DNA from: a virus
Taxonomy: Duplodnaviria; Caudoviricetes
Virus record (IMG/VR): IMGVR_UViG_3300020044_003143
Location: 1 to 24,841 of that record
Strand: one strand, 5' to 3'
DNA length: 24,841 nucleotides
The notes under the pieces are model-generated. The model ran no database searches. It saw only the letters and a program-made list of their open reading frames with translations, and had not been told where the DNA came from. Both the position numbers and the translations under genes were made by a program. Of the stretch, positions 1-7,545 are shown one piece after another (positions within the stretch are counted from its first letter, which is position 1; every line of letters begins with the position of its first letter).

Positions 1-105
1 TCATCTATACCCAATCGAGTTCGATGGGCTGGAATTGATCGATTAAAAGTGACTAAACACGCAAAGAAATTGTTGAAAGAAAACATAGGAAGAGCAGCGC
101 AATGA
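1..105 (+). CDS. 3' end of a hypothetical phage protein (partial)
   Basis: Open frame from base 1 (SSIPNRVRWAG...GRAAQ) ending in a TGA that overlaps the next ATG (ATGA at 102-105). Confidence 0.5.
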   Translation, partial: SSIPNRVRWAGIDRLKVTKHAKKLLKENIGRAAQ

Positions 106-236
106 TCTATTGGGGTTTTCTGAAGATAAAAGACTGGACAATATTTCCTTGGGTAATGACTGATGTTGAAGGCTTTGAGTTTACCTGGCTATTTCTTGTT
201 GCAGGATATGTAAGAGATGAGCATACAGATGGATGA
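102..236 (+). CDS. Small hydrophobic/aromatic hypothetical protein, 44 aa (not in ORF track)
   Basis: Read manually: MIYWGFLKIKDWTIFPWVMTDVEGFEFTWLFLVAGYVRDEHTDG; ATGA coupling to the upstream ORF. Confidence 0.5.
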   Translation: MIYWGFLKIKDWTIFPWVMTDVEGFEFTWLFLVAGYVRDEHTDG

Positions 237-411
237 CATGGATGAATTAAACACTAACTACCTCTATAACCAATGCAGAAAGTTATATAGGCGAAATCCA
301 ACCGATGACGAAGAGGAAGCCTTTAAGGATATGTTTTGGAAGATAGTCGTAGAGGAAGGAATGTCACCTGATCCAGCAAGAAATAAAGCATTTTTAAAGG
401 TAATTACATGA
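217..411 (+). CDS. Hypothetical phage protein
   Basis: 64-aa ORF in a tightly packed run; ATGA overlap with the next gene. Confidence 0.65.
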   Translation: MSIQMDDMDELNTNYLYNQCRKLYRRNPTDDEEEAFKDMFWKIVVEEGMSPDPARNKAFLKVIT

Positions 412-632
412 AGCATAGCCATTATTACAAAGATACCTCTCACCTAGATGGCATGGATGTTTATCGCATACTCAAAGAATGGGAAGTAACTGATCCGTGT
501 ATTCAACATGCTATCAAGAAGCTGCTATGTGCTGGGAAGCGAGGCGTTAAGGATGAAGAACAAGATGTTCAGGAAGCTATAGACACCCTTGAGCGTTACA
601 AGGCAATGAGAGCAGAGGATGAATTAGCATGA
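408..632 (+). CDS. Conserved phage hypothetical protein (DVYR...HAIKKLLCAGxRG type; possibly DUF3310-related)
   Basis: Motif DVYRIL...CIQHAIKKLLCAGKRGVKD...DVQEAIDTL is familiar from phage small proteins; ATGA overlaps at both ends. Confidence 0.75.
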   Translation: MKHSHYYKDTSHLDGMDVYRILKEWEVTDPCIQHAIKKLLCAGKRGVKDEEQDVQEAIDTLERYKAMRAEDELA

Positions 633-805
633 CTTGTTGGCCAATGATGAAATTTGATCCAGTAAACCTATTCAATGCTCCTGTTATGTATAAGGAATGT
701 AAGCACACACACTGGGCAACTTATGTGAGCTGGAAGAAACGTACATGTGTGGATTGCGGCTTAGAAAAACCATTATACGAAATTGAAATAAAACATCAGA
801 GGTAA
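629..805 (+). CDS. Small putative Zn-ribbon protein, 58 aa (not in ORF track)
   Basis: MTCWPMMKFDPVNLFNAPVMYKECKHTHWATYVSWKKRTCVDCGLEKPLYEIEIKHQR; CxH...CxxCG; GAGG upstream; ATGA overlap. Confidence 0.6.
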   Translation: MTCWPMMKFDPVNLFNAPVMYKECKHTHWATYVSWKKRTCVDCGLEKPLYEIEIKHQR

Positions 806-808
806 GGA

Positions 809-940
809 ATGGACATGCAATTATTAGCCGTTTTAATCGCGCTATCAATCGGAGTTATCGGTATTACTGGTGTGCTTGTTAAGTACGCTCTGAAGGTATT
901 TGATGACATATGGAAAGATGATGATAGCGAGTATTTCTAA
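809..940 (+). CDS. Small single-pass membrane protein, 43 aa (not in ORF track)
   Basis: MDMQLLAVLIALSIGVIGITGVLVKYALKVFDDIWKDDDSEYF; one hydrophobic helix and an acidic tail; GAGG/AAGGA upstream. Confidence 0.55.
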   Translation: MDMQLLAVLIALSIGVIGITGVLVKYALKVFDDIWKDDDSEYF

Positions 941-1047
941 TGGCACTTAAAACGACTAATAAGAATAGAAAGAAAGTGGCTAAGTTTAGAGCAGACGAAA
1001 GCTCATATAAAACAGAAAATATTGCAAAAACACAAGATATGGTATAA
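940..1047 (+). CDS. Possible short basic peptide, 35 aa
   Basis: TAATG overlap with the previous ORF; MALKTTNKNRKKVAKFRADESSYKTENIAKTQDMV. Confidence 0.3.
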   Translation: MALKTTNKNRKKVAKFRADESSYKTENIAKTQDMV

Positions 1048-1048
1048 T
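1022..1048 (+). promoter_or_regulatory. Sigma70-type extended -10 promoter upstream of the endolysin
   Basis: TGgTATAAT at 1040-1048; TTGCAA at 1022-1027 (15-nt spacer, suboptimal). Confidence 0.55.
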
Positions 1049-1080
1049 AGAGCCAAAATTACTACTACATATAGTGTTTT

Positions 1081-1545
1081 ATGGATAAATTGATTGATCA
1101 ATTAAAGCGTCACGAAAGCTATCGAAGTCGCATGTATCTTTGTACGGCTGGCAAGGAAACAATCGGATACGGTTATAACCTTCAAGCTAACCCACTTCAC
1201 TTAAGTAGCTTAGAGATCAGCAATGCTTATAAGAATGGTATTAATGAAGTCGAAGCAGAAAGGATACTAAAGCTCATGGTATCTAAATGCATCGATCAGC
1301 TAGAAGAAGCCATACCATTCATCAATAAACTCGATACGGTAAGACAAGACATATTAATAAACATGTGCTTTAACATGGGATTAGTCGGATTACTTAAATT
1401 CAAGAAAACATTGCAGCTTATTGAAGCTGGTGACTATGCAAAGGCCTCAGTCGAAATGTTAGCAAGCAAATGGTCAAAAGATGTCGGCAACAGAGCGCTG
1501 GAGTTATCAACACAAATGAAGTCTGGTGTTTATGCAGCCGTCTGA
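1081..1545 (+). CDS. Endolysin, T4-type lysozyme (GH24 muramidase)
   Basis: Catalytic pattern E-x8-C-x5-T (HESYRSRMYLCTAGKETIGYG); C-terminal NMCFNMG...FKK...MLASKWSKDVGNRA as in T4 lysozyme relatives; no N-terminal SAR helix. Confidence 0.92.
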   Translation: MDKLIDQLKRHESYRSRMYLCTAGKETIGYGYNLQANPLHLSSLEISNAYKNGINEVEAERILKLMVSKCIDQLEEAIPFINKLDTVRQDILINMCFNMGLVGLLKFKKTLQLIEAGDYAKASVEMLASKWSKDVGNRALELSTQMKSGVYAAV

Positions 1546-2032
1546 GTATTATTCAGAAATAGGAGGGTCAAACATTGCTAATGAGGTATGGTCATTAGTT
1601 AATGATGGCACAGAATGGAAAGCGCATAATTCATTTTTAGCAAAACAAATCCCAGAACACATTTATCTACAAGAGCCATTACTTAAGTATTTGTCTATTA
1701 AACATTCGTTATTGGTAGGCATCTTAATGATGCACCCATTCCATGTTTATAACTGGCACACAGACGGAAACAGGCGATGTGGTATTAACTTACTTCTTAG
1801 CGATAGCCCAAGCCATTGTCTATTCACTGATGATGAAACAATAACTAATTCAAAAGTTATAGAGTTGTCATATATGCCAACTACTTACTATGCATTTAAT
1901 ACAGATAAAAAGCACATGGTTGTTAATCTAAATCGTCCACGCTATTTAATGAGCGTTGAGATAGATGGTGGCAAAAATACAATCAGCTATGACGAATTAC
2001 TAAAGGAGTTAGATGAATATGCTAACGCCTAA
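1526..2032 (+). CDS. Putative 2OG-Fe(II) oxygenase/cupin (Asp/Asn beta-hydroxylase-like fold); start may be ATG 1532
   Basis: HxD motif (WHTD), distal His in FNTDKKHMVVN, followed by R in PRYLMSV, matching the HxD...H...R jelly-roll layout. Confidence 0.65.
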   Translation: MFMQPSEYYSEIGGSNIANEVWSLVNDGTEWKAHNSFLAKQIPEHIYLQEPLLKYLSIKHSLLVGILMMHPFHVYNWHTDGNRRCGINLLLSDSPSHCLFTDDETITNSKVIELSYMPTTYYAFNTDKKHMVVNLNRPRYLMSVEIDGGKNTISYDELLKELDEYANA

Positions 2033-2393
2033 GCAGGAAGTATTCTGTCAAGCATTAGCAGGAGGCAAAACACAGACCGATGCTTACAGAGAAGGTTTTA
2101 ATGTAAGGCCAGCAACTAAACCTGAAACAACTCAAAATAAAGCCCATCAACTTATGCAAAAGGGCGAGGTTAGGGCGAGGGTTGATGAACTCAAGGCTCA
2201 ACTCTCTGAAAAGCTACTTTGGACAAGGGAAGATTCACTTAAAACGTTAATTGCTGTCATTAATGCACCTGACAATGCTGGCAATATTATTTCGTCAGTT
2301 CAAGCTATTAATAAGATGCAAGGGTTTGATGCCGCTGAGAAGCATGAGCTAACTGGCAACCTTAATGTGACGATTACAATTCGTGGTCGATAA
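2013..2393 (+). CDS. terS: Terminase small subunit
   Basis: LTPKQEVFCQ...QTDAYR N-terminal HTH, VRARVDEL, EKHELTG C-terminus; immediately upstream of terL. Confidence 0.9.
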   Translation: MNMLTPKQEVFCQALAGGKTQTDAYREGFNVRPATKPETTQNKAHQLMQKGEVRARVDELKAQLSEKLLWTREDSLKTLIAVINAPDNAGNIISSVQAINKMQGFDAAEKHELTGNLNVTITIRGR

Positions 2394-3651
2394 CCTCAAT
2401 TTAGATTTAGAGATACCTAATGCGCTGATCCCGTTCACGCAACCTAAGCGTTACAAGATTGCTTATGGTGGTCGTGGTAGCGGTAAGAGCTGGACAGTAG
2501 CACGATTACTTATTATCAAAGCCATTGAAGCTCCTATCCGTATTCTTTGCGCCAGAGAGACACAAAACTCTATTCAAGAGTCAGTTCACTTCCTGCTTAA
2601 GAAACAAATTGAAGATATGGGGCTGGCTCAATTCTTCACTGTACAACAAACCCGAATAACTTGCGTTAATGGCTCAGAATTTGTATTTGCTGGCATAAGG
2701 CAACAATCAGTCGTTAATCTTAAGTCATTTGAATCCTGCTCGATATGCTGGGTTGAAGAGGCTCAGGTCGTAACTAAGAAATCATGGGATGCTTTAGTAC
2801 CAACTATTCGTTCACCAGGCTCTGAAATTTGGATAACTTTTAACCCTGAACTAGACACAGACGAAACCTACCAGAGATTTGTACTTAATCAATCTGATAA
2901 CTCACTCGTTATTAAGGTTAATTGGTCAGATAATATTTGGTTTCCTGATGAGTTAGAGCAAGAGCGTATTGACTGGCTTAAGCGTGATCCAGAAGGATAC
3001 AAGACCATTTGGGGTGGTGAATGTCGTCCTGCTGTCGAGGGTGCTATTTACGCACAAGAAATAACCAAGCTGTTGCTAGAGAAAAGGCAAGGACGTGCGC
3101 CTTACGATCCGTTACTTAAAGTTCACACGGTCTGGGACTTAGGCTGGAATGACTCGATGAGTATTGCAATGGTGCAACGCTCTGGTTCGGGTGAGGTAAG
3201 GGTTATTGATTACATCGAGGACTCACACAGGACATTAGACAGCTACGTTGATGAATTACGCAATAAGTCCTATAACTGGGGAACGGATTACATTCCGCAT
3301 GATGGTCGAAGCCGTGACTTTAAGTCGGGCAAGTCTACTGAGGAGATGTTGCAAGCCTTTGGTCGCTCAGTATTTGTGTTAGGTCGTGATGACATCGAGG
3401 AAGGCATTAAATCAGCCCGTATGATGTTTGGCAGAGTATGGATAGATGATAAGGCATCTCAGCTATTAAACCAACTTAAACGCTACCGACGCACACAGAA
3501 TCAAAGCACTGGGACATTTGGTGCGCCACTGCATGATGATAGTTCACATGGGGCTGACTGCTTCCGTTATATCGCTATGGCAGAACAGCATATGACGAAT
3601 GATACTTGGGGATCCGGTAAGCTTAAGTATCCGTCATTAAATTACAATTGA
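2383..3651 (+). CDS. terL: Terminase large subunit (PBSX/Terminase_3 type)
   Basis: Walker A YGGRGSGKS, Walker B CWVEEAQ, PTIR...WITFNP, nuclease WDLG and SHGADCFRY. Confidence 0.95.
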   Translation: MVDNLNLDLEIPNALIPFTQPKRYKIAYGGRGSGKSWTVARLLIIKAIEAPIRILCARETQNSIQESVHFLLKKQIEDMGLAQFFTVQQTRITCVNGSEFVFAGIRQQSVVNLKSFESCSICWVEEAQVVTKKSWDALVPTIRSPGSEIWITFNPELDTDETYQRFVLNQSDNSLVIKVNWSDNIWFPDELEQERIDWLKRDPEGYKTIWGGECRPAVEGAIYAQEITKLLLEKRQGRAPYDPLLKVHTVWDLGWNDSMSIAMVQRSGSGEVRVIDYIEDSHRTLDSYVDELRNKSYNWGTDYIPHDGRSRDFKSGKSTEEMLQAFGRSVFVLGRDDIEEGIKSARMMFGRVWIDDKASQLLNQLKRYRRTQNQSTGTFGAPLHDDSSHGADCFRYIAMAEQHMTNDTWGSGKLKYPSLNYN

Positions 3652-3676
3652 CATATGTTATGTTATAACATTGCAA

Positions 3677-3688
3677 ATATGGTATAAT
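3677..3688 (+). promoter_or_regulatory. Extended -10 promoter upstream of the holin-like and portal genes
   Basis: ATATGGTATAAT, identical to 1037-1048, in the intergenic gap after terL. Confidence 0.55.
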
Positions 3689-3712
3689 TAGCACAAATGG
3701 AAAGGAGTGAGT

Positions 3713-3886
3713 ATGAATTATCTATTCAATCGTTTAAAAGAACCATCCACTTGGCGAGGCGTTATCTGGTGCTTATCTGCCTTTGGTGTCTATCATTTCT
3801 CTGATGACCAGACCGCTGCTATTACTGCATTAGGTATGGCGGTAGCGGGTGGAGCAGGTATCTTGTCACCGGACAAGCGGTTATAA
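3713..3886 (+). CDS. Putative holin, 57 aa with two hydrophobic segments (not in ORF track)
   Basis: Strong SD AAAGGAG; MNYLFNRLKEPSTWRGVIWCLSAFGVYHFSDDQTAAITALGMAVAGGAGILSPDKRL; the RLKEPSTWRG start is typical of small phage holin-like proteins. Confidence 0.7.
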   Translation: MNYLFNRLKEPSTWRGVIWCLSAFGVYHFSDDQTAAITALGMAVAGGAGILSPDKRL

Positions 3887-3895
3887 AAGAGCTTA

Positions 3896-3909
3896 TTGTC
3901 GGGAGACAA
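3896..3909 (+). promoter_or_regulatory. GNRA mini-hairpin 1, overlapping the SD
   Basis: TTGTC-GGGA-GACAA; ATG at 3911. Confidence 0.7.
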
Positions 3910-3910
3910 C

Positions 3911-4114
3911 ATGAGTGAAGCAGATATATTGATGCCGGTAGTTGGCATGCTAATGTCAGTTCTAATTGTCGTGATCGGCTGGATGGGTAATAAACTCCAT
4001 GAGCGCTTAGGCGAGATCAACGAAACACTGGCAACGATAGACAGAGATTTACGGCACGAACTATCAAGACTTGATACACGAGTATCAGTTATCGAAAGCA
4101 AGGTCAGCAAATGA
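3911..4114 (+). CDS. Membrane-anchored coiled-coil protein (possible lysis accessory), 67 aa
   Basis: N-terminal TM helix then heptad pattern; ATG 3911 lies 5 nt after GGGAG, so the track's TTG start at 3896 is unlikely. Confidence 0.7.
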   Translation: MSEADILMPVVGMLMSVLIVVIGWMGNKLHERLGEINETLATIDRDLRHELSRLDTRVSVIESKVSK

Positions 4115-6174
4115 GCAAGATGACTGACGACAAGCTCAAGGCACTTACTGACCAAGAGATCAAGCAGTCACTTGGCTATGGCTCAGGTGAGCTAACAAAG
4201 AACCGTCAGAAAGCCCTCGAATATTACTACGCAAAGCCTATTGGCGATCTAGCGCCTCCTTCTATCGATGGACGTTCAGCGGTGGTTGATACATCTGTGA
4301 TGGATACAGTCGAATGGATGTTGCCAAGTCTGCTCAAGATATTTGCAGGCGGTGACAAAGTAGTCGAGTTTCAGGCCAAGTCTGAGCAGTTTGAAGAGCA
4401 AGAAGATCATATTACTGAGTACATTGGTCGTCATGTGTTCTATGTGCAGAATCAAGGATTCCAAATCCTACACACTTGGTTTAAGGACGCACTTCTTGCC
4501 AAGAATGGCATCGTTAAGGTCTGGTGGGATAAAACCACTGATGAAGCCCGTGAAGATTATGTCGGTCTTGATGACATAGAGCTAGGCATGTTATTGCAAG
4601 ATAAGCACGTTGAGCCTATCGAGCATACAGCCTATCCAGATCAACTGACTGGTCAACAGATGCTACATGATATATCTGTTAAGCGTGTCGTTGATAAAGG
4701 CTACTGCTGTATAGATAACGTACCACCTGAAGAATTCCTTATCTCACGCAGAGCCAAGAACTGCGAAGATTCTCCTTTTGTAGCACACCGATTCGAACGC
4801 ACCATAGGCGAGCTAAAAGAGGCTGGCTACGACAATGTTGATAACCTAAGCTCTGATGAGAATGACGGGGCTTTCGGCTCTGAGCGAGTTTCTCGTAAGA
4901 TGCAGAATGATGAATCACCTTATCTGGGTGGTCGTGGTAGCCAAGAGAATGGCGATCCTGCTTCTCGTGTGGTCTGGGTGACAGAGTGCTACTTGAAGGT
5001 AGATTATGATGGTGACGGCATACAAGAATGGCGTAAAGTAGTTCGTGCTGGTAATCAGATACTTGAGAACGTCGAGTGTGACGGTCAACCATTCATATCA
5101 TTAACACCAATCCCAATCCCACATCAGTTCTTTGGCCTATCCATCGCTGACCTTTCGATGGAAGCACAACGCACTAAGACTTCCTTAATGCGTGCCTTGA
5201 TTGATAACTTGTACTTAACAGTCAACGGCAGGACATGGGCATTAGAAGGTCAGGTTAATCTTGACGATCTATTAACGTCACGTCCGGGCGGTATTGTTCG
5301 TGTTAAATCACCGGGCGCTGTCGGTCCTATGCAGGCAGGTGGTGGCGATCTAACGTCAGCGATGTCAATGCTGGACTATGTCGACACCCAACGAGGCAAC
5401 CGTACCGGTTTCACCGCAGAAACTCAAGGCGGTAACATGAACGCGGTCAACCATACTGCGACTGGTATGAATATCGTTACTAATCGCGCTGATATGCGGA
5501 TTGAACTGATAGCCCGTAATTTCGCTGAGAATGGCGTTAAGAGCCTGTTTATTAAGATTCTGGAGTTAGTATCCAAGTATCAGGATAAAGCCGAGCGTAT
5601 CAAGGCCACAGGCGGCTGGATAGACATTGATCCGCGTGAGTGGAAGAACCAGTTTCACTTGAATGTTAATGTTGGTTTGGGAACCGGTAACAAAGATCAA
5701 ATCATTCAGAACTTAACCGCATTAGGTTCAGCAATGCAGCAGGCAGCCGCCTCTGGTGTTGTCAAGCCGGATAATGTCTACAAAGCAGGTGTTAAGCTCG
5801 CTGAGACATTGGGCTTTAGTAACCCTGAGCAATACTTCACCGATCCAGCCACTCAGCCACCACCAGAGCCTAAGCCTGATCCACAGATTGAAACCGCTAA
5901 AGCTATGATGGAGATAGAAAGACAGAAAACTACCGCGAAGATCACTCAAGACCAGCAAAAACTGGAAGCTGATATTCAGATGAAGCGCGAAGAGTTGGCT
6001 GCTAAGTACGGGCTAATGACGGAAGAAATAAACCACAAAATAATTATGGCACAACAGGCTAACAACAATGGACTCTACACAAGAGCTAATTTACCGCAAG
6101 CAGCAAGCGGAGGCGCTGGTCAACAGCCCCCTATTCCAGGAAGCGTTCAAGCACCTGGACAACCTTTATTATGA
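4111..6174 (+). CDS. Portal protein (P22-like, with long C-terminal coiled coil)
   Basis: 687 aa after terL; RSAVVDTSVMDTVEWMLPSL, FKDALLAKNGIVKVWW, VPPEEFLIS, PIPHQFFG, ELIARNFAE motifs. Confidence 0.92.
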   Translation: MSKMTDDKLKALTDQEIKQSLGYGSGELTKNRQKALEYYYAKPIGDLAPPSIDGRSAVVDTSVMDTVEWMLPSLLKIFAGGDKVVEFQAKSEQFEEQEDHITEYIGRHVFYVQNQGFQILHTWFKDALLAKNGIVKVWWDKTTDEAREDYVGLDDIELGMLLQDKHVEPIEHTAYPDQLTGQQMLHDISVKRVVDKGYCCIDNVPPEEFLISRRAKNCEDSPFVAHRFERTIGELKEAGYDNVDNLSSDENDGAFGSERVSRKMQNDESPYLGGRGSQENGDPASRVVWVTECYLKVDYDGDGIQEWRKVVRAGNQILENVECDGQPFISLTPIPIPHQFFGLSIADLSMEAQRTKTSLMRALIDNLYLTVNGRTWALEGQVNLDDLLTSRPGGIVRVKSPGAVGPMQAGGGDLTSAMSMLDYVDTQRGNRTGFTAETQGGNMNAVNHTATGMNIVTNRADMRIELIARNFAENGVKSLFIKILELVSKYQDKAERIKATGGWIDIDPREWKNQFHLNVNVGLGTGNKDQIIQNLTALGSAMQQAAASGVVKPDNVYKAGVKLAETLGFSNPEQYFTDPATQPPPEPKPDPQIETAKAMMEIERQKTTAKITQDQQKLEADIQMKREELAAKYGLMTEEINHKIIMAQQANNNGLYTRANLPQAASGGAGQQPPIPGSVQAPGQPLL

Positions 6175-6325
6175 TAATTGGCTGAATAATTCAGAACTAA
6201 CGAGAGAAGAGCGAGAAGAGATATGGCGACAGCTAAAAGCAATGCAACACCTGAAACAGTTCTTTCAGACGGTTCTGGAGCAGGGAACGCAGGCAATGCA
6301 AACTCTGAATTTGCAGAATTATTAG
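6068..6325 (+). CDS. Conserved small head-associated protein downstream of portal
   Basis: AEALVNSPLFQEAF...W...EREEIWRQLKA pattern is typical of the gene between portal and scaffold in such phages. Confidence 0.75.
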   Translation: MDSTQELIYRKQQAEALVNSPLFQEAFKHLDNLYYDNWLNNSELTREEREEIWRQLKAMQHLKQFFQTVLEQGTQAMQTLNLQNY

Positions 6326-6495
6326 ACTTTTGTTTGGAGGCTGAGTTAGCGAATCCAGCACTGAGAATTACTGAAGTGCTAACTAATGACAAGAAAGCAC
6401 CTGAGTTTATTCGCTTAAAGTATTCATTTCCAGCTGTGAAAGCAGGAACACCGGGCTATAAAGACAGTAAAGATAAAGTAGTTAGTTTTAAATAG
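6223..6495 (+). CDS. Hypothetical protein
   Basis: 90-aa ORF filling the gap to the scaffold leader; overlaps the previous gene by 103 nt. Confidence 0.55.
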   Translation: MATAKSNATPETVLSDGSGAGNAGNANSEFAELLDFCLEAELANPALRITEVLTNDKKAPEFIRLKYSFPAVKAGTPGYKDSKDKVVSFK

Positions 6496-6500
6496 TAACC

Positions 6501-6541
6501 GAGGCATGTCGGGAGACACCCTCATCCACGCTGAGAAGCGT
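6501..6541 (+). promoter_or_regulatory. Two tandem GNRA mini-hairpins (2 and 3) in the scaffold leader
   Basis: GAGGca-TGTC-GGGA-GACA-cCCTC (6501-6523) and ACGCT-GAGA-AGCGT (6528-6541). Confidence 0.7.
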
Positions 6542-6568
6542 TATTTTCCTTAAGAGGATATTTTAACT

Positions 6569-7504
6569 ATGGAACCAGAAGCTACCCAATATGAGGGCGC
6601 AGAAGTACAACAGGAATCGGATAACTCCGGTAGTGATGATGCAGCATTGTTATCTGCATTTTTGGCGCAAGAAGATCACTCAAGTGATGGCATAGACGCT
6701 GCTTCCTCCGACATTCCTGCCGGACAAGAGGTTGAGCCTGTACAGTCAGTTGATAATTTTACCGTCAAAATCAATGGCGAAGAGAAGCAAGTAAGCCGTG
6801 ACGAGTTGATCGCTCACTATCAAAAGGGAGAGGCATCAAACCAGAAGTTTGAAGAGGCCGCTAACTTACGACGTGAGGTTGAGCAACAGAAAGCTGCGAC
6901 GACTCAGCAACAAGCGCAATTGCAAAACGCTATCAACCACTTTATGCAGACAGCGAATCAGTGGGCGCAAGAGGGGCAACCTGACTGGGCTAACCTACTG
7001 GAAAACAATCCGCATGAGTATTTGAGGCAAAAAGAAGTATTCGCTGCACGTCAGGCAGAGTTTAGCAAGGCACAGGCCGCGCAAGCATACCTAAACGAGC
7101 AAAACCAAGCCCAACAGCAGCAAAGCATGGCAGCGCATCTGGAGACAGAGGGCGCAAAGATGCTAGAGATTATACCCGAATGGAAGAATCAAGACGTACG
7201 CCAAGCGGAAGAGCAAGAGCTAATCAAATACTTGACTGGTAAGGGCTACACCCGTGACGAACTACAAAACTTGAATCAATCCAAAGCCTCTAATATTGCA
7301 CTGGTATTAAATTCAATGCGATATGAAAAGCTAGTGGCACAATCGAAGGCAGCAACTAAACAAGTCCAAAACTTACCGCCAAGGGTTGAAAGACCGGGCG
7401 TGGCAAGTCAAGGCAATAACAACCGAAGTGAAGCCATGCAGCGTTTAGCAAGGTCAGGATCAATTGACGATGCAACCAGCGCCTTTGCAGCTTTGTTCGG
7501 GTAA
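6569..7504 (+). CDS. Capsid scaffolding protein
   Basis: Acidic N-terminus, FTVKINGEEKQVSRDELIAHYQKG motif, Gln-rich coiled coil, C-terminal RLARSGSIDDA; precedes the capsid gene. Confidence 0.88.
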   Translation: MEPEATQYEGAEVQQESDNSGSDDAALLSAFLAQEDHSSDGIDAASSDIPAGQEVEPVQSVDNFTVKINGEEKQVSRDELIAHYQKGEASNQKFEEAANLRREVEQQKAATTQQQAQLQNAINHFMQTANQWAQEGQPDWANLLENNPHEYLRQKEVFAARQAEFSKAQAAQAYLNEQNQAQQQQSMAAHLETEGAKMLEIIPEWKNQDVRQAEEQELIKYLTGKGYTRDELQNLNQSKASNIALVLNSMRYEKLVAQSKAATKQVQNLPPRVERPGVASQGNNNRSEAMQRLARSGSIDDATSAFAALFG

Positions 7505-7507
7505 TCA

Positions 7508-7519
7508 TGCCGAGAGGCA
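7508..7519 (+). promoter_or_regulatory. GNRA mini-hairpin 4 in the capsid leader
   Basis: TGCC-GAGA-GGCA, with the same ca...c flanks as the 6507 copy. Confidence 0.65.
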
Positions 7520-7545
7520 CATTAATTTAAGCAGGAATATATAAC

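Noticed and set aside
2334-2343. GCT-GAGA-AGC inside terS resembling the GNRA hairpin motif
   Set aside because: Only a 3-bp stem and within coding sequence; could be chance, so not counted as a copy
3648-3669. TTGACA followed by TATAAC as a canonical promoter
   Set aside because: Spacer is only 10 nt; the extended -10 at 3680-3688 is the better candidate
3793-6392. Alternative-frame ORFs 3793-4155, 4276-4464, 4391-4579, 4739-5092, 5728-5958, 6147-6392
   Set aside because: Shadows of the holin-like, portal and adjacent genes, with no recognisable motifs
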